A DNA stretch of 64,000 bases from a virus (IMGVR_UViG_3300032038_000028:32001-96000); one strand, 5' to 3'. Shown: positions 50,883 to 61,441, counted from the stretch's first letter. The notes: generated by a model from the letters alone, not told the origin. Translations and numbers: made by a program.

Positions 50883-51824
50883 ATGAGCGAACTGGCTTAC
50901 AGGCATCAGGAGAGCAACATCTACACGGAGACCGAAGGCAACCTTACCAGGATCTTCTTCGGCCAGAGCGAAGCGATGGGCGAGAACAGAGCACCGTCAG
51001 GTGCGGGATTTTTCGGCCAGAGCGAAGCGATGGACACTGCCGCGCCCGATCTCTATCAGGCCGCTACGACCGACGATCACCTGACGCCCCGCCAGAAGGA
51101 GCTCGCCAAACCCGACAGCCGTGACATGGCTGTCGTCCCCCTGGAGAGCTACGATCAGGTGCGCAGCCTGATCGACTGGTTCGAGAGCAAACAGGATTAC
51201 CGCGACGCCTGCCTGCTGACCTTCGGGTTCTGCACCGGCCTGCGGATCTCCGACCTGCTGAACCTGAAGATCAGCGACATCGTGGAGAGCATCAAGCCCA
51301 TGGTCTTCAAGCGGGCTATCGACATCCGCGAGCAGAAGACCGGCAAGCGCACGGTCGGCCACCTTGACGACATGCTGATCACCCAGGCGATGCAGGAAGC
51401 CTTCAGCCGCTACATGGACAGGAAGCCCTACCCAGAGCTCGAGCCTGACCGTTATCTGTTCACGTCCATGTATACGCATGGCAACAAACCGATGAGCATC
51501 AGGGCGATCCAGAAAGTGCTGACTCCCGCCTTCGCAGCAGTCTGCCCCCACCTTCACTGCTCCACCCATACGATGCGCAAGACCTTCGTCTCGATCATTC
51601 ACACCTTTGCGACCCAGGCCACGATGACCGGCGCCGGGATCAACCCCGCTACCGCCTGCCAGATCGCCCTGCGTCACGCGAACGCCGCTACGACGATGGC
51701 GTACATGGGCACGATGAAGTCCGGGATGCTGTCCCTGCGCCAGGCCGTAAGTGATTTCGTGATGGGCAGGACCAAGATTCGCAGCCTGAAGACGCAGTAT
51801 TCGTGGGAGCTCGTGGACGACTGA
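50883..51824 (+). CDS. Tyrosine recombinase (catalytic-domain type, resolvase-like)
   Basis: TGLRISDLL, EQKTGK, THTMRKTF, LRH...TMAY; no recognisable arm- or core-binding N-terminal domain. Confidence 0.9.
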   Translation: MSELAYRHQESNIYTETEGNLTRIFFGQSEAMGENRAPSGAGFFGQSEAMDTAAPDLYQAATTDDHLTPRQKELAKPDSRDMAVVPLESYDQVRSLIDWFESKQDYRDACLLTFGFCTGLRISDLLNLKISDIVESIKPMVFKRAIDIREQKTGKRTVGHLDDMLITQAMQEAFSRYMDRKPYPELEPDRYLFTSMYTHGNKPMSIRAIQKVLTPAFAAVCPHLHCSTHTMRKTFVSIIHTFATQATMTGAGINPATACQIALRHANAATTMAYMGTMKSGMLSLRQAVSDFVMGRTKIRSLKTQYSWELVDD

Positions 51825-51921
51825 GCCTGACAACGACCAGCTCCCACGTACCGAGACGCGCAGCGTCGAAGGTACATGGGAGACGATCGACGACTGAGAC
51901 GCAGATGGCCGTAGAGCGACC

Positions 51922-52005
51922 GTAGCTCAATGTGGTGACCGGTGTAGCGGTCGGGTGGATATCTTGGTAGGGTAGAAAGACAGGGGCCGTCACACGTCGC
52001 TGAAG
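51922..52005 (+). repeat. Dispersed ~80-bp repeat, copy C
   Basis: GTAGCTCAATGTGGTGACCGGTGTA...GGTGGATATCTTGGTAGGGT...GGGGCCGTCACACGTCGCTGAAG. Confidence 0.8.
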
Positions 52006-52080
52006 CGTCTCTACGACTATCGGGCCGCTACGAGCTGTGACGGAGCGGGCAGCGACGGGCCTGAGAATCATCGTCGTAGT

Positions 52081-52450
52081 GGTTTTTTTAAAAAAAATAA
52101 ATCGGGGCGAAAGCCCCCTATAAATAATTTATATATTTTTAATTTACAACTAAATCGGGAAACAATGTATAAAGAGCTGTAATGCTAATCGAGCCCTATG
52201 GAATCAGGACTAGTAGTGTAACTTGAATAGGATATCAACTTGGTATGTTGACTCTAAGGAATAGGTACTTGTGTACATCGGAGGTCGAGCCCTATAGTAT
52301 AACGACCTGTACCGTTTCTTGAATAGAAGCAGGACTAGTCATGTATCTATCGTGAATAGAAGCTTGAGCCCTATTGTAAATCGACACACATTGCTAATCG
52401 ACCTGTAACGTAATCAGGCTGTAATGTTTCTCTATATATAATATATAATA
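52081..52450. repeat. Origin-like block of short direct repeats with AT-rich flanks
   Basis: GAGCCCTAT x3, TGAATAG x3, CAGGACTAGT x2, TGCTAATCGA x2, CGACCTGTA x2, GCTGTAATG x2; non-coding and AT-rich. Confidence 0.6.
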
Positions 52451-52481
52451 AGGGGTGTCTTGCTTGCCGGGAAAGTTTCAA

Positions 52482-52545
52482 ACCGGGACGTACGTCCCGG
52501 TATCCCGCTGCTCGATTTGACCGGCCACCCCGCCCGTGGTATAAT
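52482..52545 (+). promoter_or_regulatory. 20-bp palindrome plus sigma-A promoter
   Basis: ACCGGGACGTACGTCCCGGT (52482-52501), then TTGACC-17 bp-TATAAT (52517-52545). Confidence 0.8.
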
Positions 52546-52829
52546 ATCCATGTCAGCAGGGGCGCGGTTTCGGCCGCGTTCTTTTTGTGCACAAAGAAAA
52601 TGACCCGCGCAACATATCCGCCCTCATCGGGCTGCGCGAGCCATCTTCCTGTGGTTGTTCACCCAGACCATCTTGCAGATCCCTCAGCGCGGCGATCCCG
52701 TCCCTCGGGGCGGGCGAACGCTGTTGCGGTTGTTGCCGCTGCGTGCCTTCGCCGGGCACCACGGTTGGATATGCGCACCGCTTCTATGAGATGGCACTTC
52801 AGAGCACAGGCTGGCACAATACCCAAATT

Positions 52830-52971
52830 CATGCCGTGGCGGAACAGGTAGACGCGCAGAGGCCAGGAGACAGGGGCAGGTTTAAACACCAACGGTGAGC
52901 TCCTATGGGTTCGACTCCCTCCGATGCGGGCAGTGCACGGCCCATGCAGGGTGCAGATCCCTGCCGGCATG
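52830..52971 (+). ncRNA. tRNA-Leu-like RNA with a 90-nt insert
   Basis: Acceptor CATGCCG/CGGCATG, D arm TGGCGGAACAGGTAGACGC, T arm GCAGGG-TGCAGAT-CCCTGC; no canonical anticodon arm. Confidence 0.65.
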
Positions 52972-53017
52972 TTTCAGGGCGGAGACCACATGGCTCCGAC
53001 CCTTAACTTTTATCCAG

Positions 53018-53042
53018 TCGCCTTCGGGCGGCTTTTTCATTT
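53018..53042 (+). terminator. Intrinsic terminator
   Basis: GTCGCC-TTCG-GGCGGC-TTTTT. Confidence 0.7.
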
Positions 53043-53063
53043 ACATCGAAAGGAGAGACCGAT

Positions 53064-53655
53064 ATGGACAAAATGAAGGAACTGCTTCTGGACTGCGCCA
53101 GACGGATCACGAAGGAGCTCACGGAGACCATTGAACCGGACAAGATCCCGAATCTCAGCTACGCGATGAGCGGCATAGCGGACAGCTACACCGAGCTGGT
53201 AAAGCTGGAGAAGGCGCCGGACGCCGACCAGCAGACGGCCGCTCTCACGCAGCTGCTAAAACTTCTGGCAGAGGCATGAGCCTATGGAGATTCTGAACAC
53301 TGTAACTGGGAGCCCCGCCGGTACCGGAACGCTGATGGCATTGCTCATCGTTCTCATGGCACTGGCAGCGGCTGCGCTCGGTTATCTGATCTATCAGCTT
53401 TTCGATGCCATCAGAGATCGCGATCTCGACGGCGGTCTTGCAGCGCTGGTGGTTTTTAGCGGTGCGCTCTGTCTGCTCATGATCGTCTTCGGCTGGCGCG
53501 GGGTAGATAGGCTGCACAACGCCCGCGAGACCATCGTCTACGCCACCATCGACGACAGCACCCCGTGGTCAGAGATCAACGAGCGCTACGAGCTGATCAG
53601 GCAGGACGGGAAGATCTATCAGCTGAGGCTGAGGGAGGAAGTCGGCCATGAGTAA
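53064..53655 (+). CDS. Two hypothetical proteins (53064-53279; 53284-53655 with two TM segments)
   Basis: GAAAGGAG RBS; hydrophobic helices in the second ORF. Confidence 0.65.
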
Positions 53656-54481
53656 AGCACTGAGCGTGACGACGTTTGACAACAAGATGTTTGGTACCGT
53701 GCGCGGCGGAGAGATCAACGGGAAGCCGTGGTTTGTTGGCAGCGATCTTGCTGTGTCACTTGGGTACAAGAAACCTGCCAACGCGCTCCGCATGCATGTT
53801 CCAGAGAAGCATAAACGTCTGATGCGGCTGGATGATTCAGAGGGTTCTACCCTAAATCGGGGAGGAACTCCCAGCATGGGCGGCAACCCACACCACACTA
53901 TCATCGACGAAGCCGGGATGTACCGGCTGATTTTCCACAGCAGGCTCAAGGCCGCTGACGACTTTGTCGAATGGGTCACGGCCGATGTCCTGCCGACACT
54001 GCGCAAGACCGGCACCTACTCGACCGGGGCCAGGCTGATAGCTCCTGATGTACAGGCCCTGATGGATGGAAAGACGGACGACGAGATCCGGGTGGCGATG
54101 CAGCAGTACAACAACCGGGTAGCCGGAAACGCCAAACGCAAAGCAACCAACGCGGCAAAGCGGGCCGCCGAACACCTGAGTGATGATCAGATTGTAGTGG
54201 CCATCGCCCGGGCGATCAGCTCGAAGCTGTATGGCGGGCGTTTCGGCGAAGGGACGCTGGCAATGTATGACGTGATCGAGAGCCGGTGCCGGATCCCGCT
54301 GCGTGACAGGCAGAGGATGTGGCAGCTGGGGCGCGGCGTCGGAACGCCGTCGGGGAAGCGGAGCCTGTACTCCTTCATCCTGCCAGAAGAAATCCCGGGC
54401 GTGCTGCAGGCACTGACAGCGTACTGCTCGGAGAACGGTGCGGATATCAGCGGGATTGTCAGCAAGCGGAAGCCGCAGTGA
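53648..54481 (+). CDS. BRO-N domain antirepressor-like protein
   Basis: FGTVR....GKPWFVG.DLA..LGY, IDEAGMYRLIF.SRL..A..F.EWV...VLP.LRKTG.Y. Confidence 0.88.
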   Translation: MSKALSVTTFDNKMFGTVRGGEINGKPWFVGSDLAVSLGYKKPANALRMHVPEKHKRLMRLDDSEGSTLNRGGTPSMGGNPHHTIIDEAGMYRLIFHSRLKAADDFVEWVTADVLPTLRKTGTYSTGARLIAPDVQALMDGKTDDEIRVAMQQYNNRVAGNAKRKATNAAKRAAEHLSDDQIVVAIARAISSKLYGGRFGEGTLAMYDVIESRCRIPLRDRQRMWQLGRGVGTPSGKRSLYSFILPEEIPGVLQALTAYCSENGADISGIVSKRKPQ

Positions 54482-54482
54482 T

Positions 54483-54549
54483 TTGCCAGCCGGAGCCGGA
54501 TGTGGTATAATACAGTCATCACCGGGGACAGACCCCGGGTTTCTTTTTT
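54483..54549 (+). promoter_or_regulatory. Sigma-A promoter followed directly by a terminator
   Basis: TTGCCA-17 bp-TATAAT (TG extended), then CCGGGG-ACAGA-CCCCGG-GTTTCTTTTTT. Confidence 0.75.
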
Positions 54550-54600
54550 ATTACGTCATGCGGTACATCCGCGTGGCGTTTTTATATAAGGAGATCGTAC

Positions 54601-57600
54601 ATGAAGATCATTGACTTCGAGCGCCGCGGCAATGTCGTCCGCCTGTACATCGGCAACGACGACCTTGTCGAGTGGTGGGGCGACGACTGGAACGACCGCC
54701 CCTATGAACACAACGCCGGCCGGGTGTACGACCAGTACGTCGCCGGCCACGTCGACATCGCCTTCCCGTTTGACTCTCTGGTACTGGAACCCTGCGACGG
54801 CGCCTTCAACTCCGAGTACTCCAAGGAAGACATGGTTGCCCGCCGGGTGCCATGCCTGATCATCGTGCCGAAGGAAGTGAGCGGCGACAGCTGGTACTGG
54901 GAAACCTTCGACCACTGGGTCGGCGCGGATGGGATCACAAAGCTGTACTTCGGCGACAGGATGGATACCCTGAAGGACGCCGGGATCGGCACGTTACTGG
55001 AGTGGTGTGAATGACAAAAACTTTCTGTGACCGCTGTGGCCGGGAGATCGACCCAAAGATGCATGCCGCCCTCAGGCACCGCGTGCACTACGCAGAGACC
55101 TGGCTGTGGACCTTGGCAAACGATGAAATCACGCATGTGCTCTGCCCGAGCTGCGAGGAGAGCCTGATCTACTGGTTCAACCACGCAGAGACCTGGGTGG
55201 TACGTGAAGGCAGAGTGCTAAGTATGTAAAGAATGACCCCTATGCCCACGGAAGTCTGCGGACGGACCGTGAAAGCTCGACCTCTTCGGAGGCATGAGAA
55301 AGGCATCTTCCTGAAAGGAGACATATGGACAGGGAACAGATGATAGCCGGACTGCAAAGTCTGGCGGAGAATATCTACTTCGGGCGGACGGTCACGATCC
55401 CGGAGTTTACATACCTGGAAATGGCGATCGAGCAGCTGAAGCCGAAACGTGTGGTGCGTAAGGAGGACATGACGCGGTGCCCGAACTGTAACACGCCGTT
55501 CAACGGCTGGAGCGTTTACCGCGCTGACAACTACTGCTGGAAATGCGGACAGGCGGTGAAGTGGGATGGCTGACACAGAAAAAGCGATATCCCTGCTTCA
55601 GCAATGTCTTGACGAACGGCCTTATGCCGCGGTACGGGTTAGTCAGATCATGTCTTGTATTCAGGAAGCAGTCGAACTGCTGAAAGAGCAGGAAATAATG
55701 TCCCCGGATGAATTCAAGGAAAAAATTCTGGGTATGTTTTCTTCGATTTGGGACTGTGAAATAGATCATCCTGTTTTCCAAGATAAGGTTGGCGAATTGA
55801 TGGATGCGGTCGTTGCGCTTTACAGAAAGGCGGTGAAGTGGGAATGACATTCGGACAGCTTTTCACGGTCATGAATCCTGATGTAAAGGTCAGAGAAAAT
55901 AGCACTTGCGTGTGGCTTTTCTTCGACGAAGTAAACCATTACACCATAGCAGCCGAATGGTGGAAGCGAGAAATTCCTGATTATGCAGTTGAACTGCTGA
56001 ATGAGCCGAAGCCCGTGGTTTACACAACGAGCACGGTGCGGTGCCCGGGGTGCGGGAAACAGATCACAACCCGGAGAGCCATTCACCCCAAGATCAACTA
56101 CTGCTGGAAGTGCGGACAGGCGGTGAAGTGGGGTGACTGACAGGAAGAAGGTTATCAGAGCTGTTGAAACCTGTTTTGACAGCTGGATTGATAAGCACCG
56201 AGACATGGGCCTGGATTTGCACAACGTCGAGCGTTTGAAACGCGAAGCACTTGAGCTGCTGAAGGAACAGGAAGCGGTGAAACCGATAGTTGATCAATGT
56301 GCTATTCCACTTACAACATACACTGTACAATTCATAAAAAAGTATTACTGCGGTATATGCAATGAAGAAATAACCGGGAACAATGTCTACTGTCACAAGT
56401 GCGGGAGAAAGGTGAAGTGGGATGAGTGACAGGGAGAAAGCGATCAGGATTCTCGAAGGGAATTACAAGGATTTCGTGCTTCGCCATAATGGTGAGTTGC
56501 TTACAGTAAATAAACTAATCGCGCTGCTGAAAGAGCAGGAGCCGCGGGTGTTGACGCTGGACGAGGCCGACGCCGCAGAGGTTGTATGGTTTGAGGCGCG
56601 TAACCATATATTCATCGAGCCCATGATGACACGCGGGAAGCGGCTCTCTGATGAGGCGGCGGACTGGTTTCGATATGGCCGCGACTGGCGATGCTGGTCT
56701 GCCCGGCCAACAGATAAGCAGAGGGAGGAGGAACCGTGGGATGAAATTACAGGTTGACCTGCAGGATCTCCGGTACATGATCAAGGAGAAGTGCGATGAT
56801 ATCATCGCCGACCCCAAGCTCGCGCATGAATTCTTCGACAGGATCTGTGACATCGAGGAAGACCAGCGGTTCGAGGAAGTACGCGAGGGCAGGTGGGTAC
56901 CCCTGACCGGGATGGCGCCACCTGAGTATCATGGGCACAAGATCTGTTCGCTCTGTGAGTGCTTCGCGCCGTATGACCCGCTGCATATGGGGCATGAAGT
57001 GCTGACGAAGTATTGTCCCGGCTGCGGGGCGGAAATGGAGAATGGCACGGATGACTGACAGGGAGAAGGTTATCACCGCGCTTCAGCTGGAGCTGGAATA
57101 CCCGTACTCATGGGAGTGCGCAGCTGAGTGCCCGTACTACGGCAAAACGGACTGCGACTGTTTTGCCCAGGTCACCAAGGATGCGATTGAGCTGCTGAAG
57201 GAGCAGGAGATAACGGTGCAGCCGGAAAGACGATATCTGAGTATCGACCCGCATCTGGATAAATACAGATGTTCGCGGTGCGGAGAACTTGGGTTGCGTT
57301 ATCTGCAGCGGTTCTGTGGTGGGTGCGGAAAGGAAGTGGACTGGCTTGATCGTATTTGAACTGACGATGCCGCATTGCGGATCATGGAACGGAAGATGGT
57401 CGCAGGCGGAAAGATTACATGTCAGGGTGAAGAGCGAGCGGGACGTTCCGAAGGCGTATTGGAACAATGAGTTTTATTACCGATGGGATGACGGTTGGAC
57501 GGCCTGTGTGACGACGCGCCGGTTGAAAGCGAACGAAGCCAGAAAGATCGAGCGCAGGTCGGATGGTTTCTGTGGTTATGACTGGATGATCCGGAGCATT

Positions 57601-58602
57601 TGCCGGAAGGGCCTGATCGAGCCGGAGGAGGGGTGAGCGCAGATGACGCCCAAGAAAATCATTGACGCCTTCGAGCGGTGCATCAGGATCAGTGACGAGG
57701 GCCTGCTGGACGCCGACTGCGACGGCTGCCCGTACCAGACAGAGGATTGGGTTGAGCACGGCTACGCCGCCTGCGGTGAGTTTTCGGACCTGAGCGTGGA
57801 GATCCCATGGCAGCTGGCCGACGACATGCTTCAGCTGGTAAAGGAGCGGAACGCTCTTACCAAGCATCTGCGCGAAGATCTGGTGATCGCGATGGAGGGG
57901 AGAGGATCTGAGGATGAGTAAAGGACTTACCGTGTACGGATATGAGAGCATGATTCAGGAGCTGCTTGACGAAGCGCTGAACGAACTGACGCCGGACGGT
58001 TTCGCGAAACTGCTGGACAGTATCAACATGATGCTGGCCGACTATGAGGAGTGATCGGATGCAGAGGGAGCGGGTTATCGCCGAGCTCAAGGACATCGCG
58101 TACCGGGAGCGCGAGTATCTGGCCGAAGTCACCGGGGAGGAGCCCGGGTACATCGCCGAGGTGCTGTACATCGCCGCCGAGATGCTGGAGCCGAAGAAGG
58201 GGCGCTGGATCCCGGAGCCAGATCGTGGGTGGCACTGGGCATGCAGTGTGTGCGGGAACGTCGTCGGTCTGGCCGGGCTGATGGGCAACTACTGTGAAAA
58301 GTGTGGAGCCGAGATGGAGAAGCTCCCGGTCGATCAGATTTTCCGGAAGGAGCAGAACGATGTTTGCTGATATTGAGTTTCGCCCGGTGTGCGGTAACTG
58401 CGGGAGGATGGTCGACGGTATCGTCGACATCCTCCAGGCGGAGCCTTACTGCAGCGGAGGCTACAACGTGGTTGACTATCTGATCAAGCCGGCGGAATGC
58501 CAGCACTGCGGCGCCCTGTTCCAGAGCATCCGTATGGCGACCAGACTGCCGTTTGATAACCGAAGTGTGCGCACAGGAGGGGATCTGAATTGGGACGACT
58601 GA
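54601..58602 (+). other. Array of small hypothetical / Zn-ribbon (CxxC..CxxC) genes
   Basis: e.g. 55011-55229, 55325-55573, 55566-55847, 55838-56140, 56133-56429, 56422-56757, 57042-57359, with shared DREK.I, ELLKEQE and C..CG..VKW modules. Confidence 0.75.
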
Positions 58603-59646
58603 TAGATGCCGAGGAGCTGAAAGAAATCATCGGCTGTGAAAACGCCGTGAAGTACGGGAACGCGGACAGAGAGCAGCAGGCCGTCAGCTACGGCACGATG
58701 ATGATGTACGAAATCAATGACGCGATTGACGTCGCCCCGACTGTTGGCGGCTGGATCAGCGTCAAGGATAGACTACCTGTACGGCCACCTGATGTTTGTG
58801 GTCTTCTTGTTAGGCGGCAGTGGTATTTGGTCGCACTTGAGAGTGGAACCGTACTTACACTTGCGTATGAATTTGATGAGGACAGATGGCAAGGTGTCGG
58901 CTCTCCTGTCACGCACTGGATGCCGCTGCCGAAACCGCCGGAGAGGAATTCACAATGAGACTGATAGATGCTGACGCGCTGAAAAATATGGTACCAGACA
59001 CTCGTGTGGACATTTTTGAGAATTGTCGCAACTGCGCACTGCTTACAGCAGAGGACGTGCTGCGGCTGATTGATCGGGCGCCCACCGCCAGCGAATGGGT
59101 CAGTGAAAATGACAAGCCGCCGCAAAGTGGGGAACGTTATCTGACGGTCGGCGCTCGTGGCGTCATGCGGGTGGCAAAGGCCTATGTCCCGGCTCAGGTG
59201 ATGCCCAACTGGGGCGGTGCCGCGGATTATCACTGGTGGGAATGCGAGGGCAAACGATGTTCGGTCACTCATTATATGCAGTTGCCCGCTAAGCCGGAGG
59301 GGAGTGCGCCATGAGACTGATCGATGGGGACGCACTGGTTCATGAATTGACCGAGCTGATCAGATACAGCACAGGCGAGTACAAACACGGCATTACCGCC
59401 GCCCGGTTCGCCGCAATGACGGCGCCTGCTGTCGCCGGCTGGAACACCGGCACTCCGAAGGAATCCGGCTGGTACTGGGTGTACGCACCGGACTATACCG
59501 GCGGATCGTCAACGCACCGGGAGCACCACGGCGGCATCATGTTTGCAAAGTGGAACGGAAAGGTATGGAGTATTGAGCGGTGCTATTACAACCGGCCGGG
59601 CTGTGTCAAAGCGTGGATGCCGCTGCCGGCCGCACCGGAACAATGA
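58590..59646 (+). CDS. Three tandem DUF551-like proteins (58590-58958, 58955-59314, 59311-59646)
   Basis: All begin RLID(A/G)(D/E) and end in VTHWMPLP-like motifs (VTHWMPLP, VTHYMQLP, VKAWMPLP); WISVKDRLP in the first. Confidence 0.75.
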
Positions 59647-59650
59647 ACAT

Positions 59651-59767
59651 GAGCGGTGGCGGAATAGGTAGACGCTAAGACAAATGCGACGTGGGAACTA
59701 CGGAGAATGTGCCGTCAGAATTCGAAGGGCATAAGAATTCATGTGAGGTGCAAATCCTCACCCGCTC
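59651..59767 (+). ncRNA. tRNA-Leu-like RNA with a 67-nt insert
   Basis: Acceptor GAGCGG/CCGCTC, D arm TGGCGGAATAGGTAGACGC, T arm GTGAGG-TGCAAAT-CCTCAC. Confidence 0.65.
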
Positions 59768-60950
59768 TTAACACACAGGAGACCGTCATGAAAGCAATCG
59801 TTACTTTTAACTGTCGTCTGGAATTTGATCTCAAGGAGCCGCTCGGAGATATGATACCACAGGACGAGCAGGTGAAAGATATGGAGCTGGCTCTAAAGGA
59901 CGAGCTCGGCTGCAGCCGGGCAGAGGTCATCGGCTATCAGGTCGTGCTTGCACCAACAACATGAATACATCCGGTGCCGGCCGCCGGGGAAGGGCTGGCT
60001 AAGTGTTATCCGATGGTTGACCGAAAGGCGGTCATAACAGCCGGATTTTTAAGGAGGTTGCCTATGTGGCTGTTTATTGGCGGATTTTTCACCGGGGTGT
60101 TTACGGGTATCCTGATCATTGCACTGGTATCGGCCAACCGGTTTGGCGAAGATGAGGAGGTGACGGCGGAATGATGGCGGTTCATATTACATCCCTGCTG
60201 ATCGGAATCATCGGCGGGCTCTTCATCGGCATGTGCGTTGCCTTCTACGCTACCTGGGCGGTTGAACAGCGGGACGAGCTAGAGCGCGGCAATCAGTGGT
60301 CGAGAGGCTGGGACATGGGCTGGGAGAGCCGGGGCGAGCATGAGGAGCTGATGCGGCTCAAGAAGGACGGAGGGAAAACATGCAGCAGATAGCGGAACTC
60401 ATGCAGAAAAAGGACATGTTACTGAAGCGCGCTGAGGCTTATAAGGAAAAGCGCACTGCCGGCGGCCCGTGCATGGCCCTGGCCGACGAATTCGCGTACG
60501 ACGCTATTGTGGACGAAGCTCATCAGCTCGAGCTCGAGATCGAGGAGCTGATGAAACCCCCGCTCGGCGCCAAGCCATACTATATCACCGCATGGAGCAG
60601 GATCGGCGAGCTGGCCGAAGCGATCTACAGACAATACGAGGCCGCGAAGGGCGACCCGGAGCTGGTCAGCCGGTGGGCCGAGGAGATCAGGTGGCAGTGC
60701 GCGATGATCCAGTCTCTGCAGGAGGACGAGAACGATGGCTGAGAAATGTCCGAAGTGCGGGGCGGAGATGGCGATCGGGCAGTTGGAGCTGCGCATGTAC
60801 GACGGGTATCGGTGGACGAGCGGTGATATCGCCGACTGCCCTGCGTGTAAGACGCGTTATGTTGAGGCCGACGGCGACATGAGCCCGCTGCCGGCATGGA
60901 AGGAAATCAACGCGCTGTTTGATCTCATATGGTACCAAACCGAAAATCGA

Positions 60951-61036
60951 CTTCAGCGACATGTGACGGGGCCTTTCCTGTGACCCTTATAAAGTATCCA
61001 CCACGGCCGTACACCGGCCACCACATTGAGCTGAGG
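60951..61036 (-). repeat. Dispersed ~80-bp repeat, copy D (inverted relative to C)
   Basis: CTTCAGCGACATGTGACGGGGCC...ACCCTTATAAAGTATCCACC...TACACCGGCCACCACATTGAGCTGAGG. Confidence 0.8.
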
Positions 61037-61441
61037 CTTCTCTACGACTATGCTGACGATACTGCCGCCAAACAGGCGGTGTTTTTTATATAGAGGTCTA
61101 CCATGCAGGAGCGGGGAATCAGAACTCTGGAGGAGTGGATCTGCTCCTTTGACGACCCGGTGTACGTAGCCGGGCTGCTGGCCAGGCTGGGGATCTGCCC
61201 GGCGAAGGAGGATACTGATGATGACAACGATGTATGAAGAGATGCTGGCGGCGCATGCGCCGATCCCGGCGCCACCCTGCGCATTCTGCTCGAAGCACGG
61301 CAGAGGCGAGGATGTTTTCGCGAGGAGTGGCGACTGGGCGAGCAACGACCTGGACATGTACGGCCCGATTCAGTTCTGCCCGCTGTGCGGCAAGCGGCTG
61401 AAGGCGTACGCGGTACTGGATAATCTGATGGAGGAAAGACA

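Noticed and set aside
55528-56132. Diversity-generating retroelement TR/VR pair
   Set aside because: The repeat is only 38 bp with one synonymous difference, and there is no reverse transcriptase in the window.
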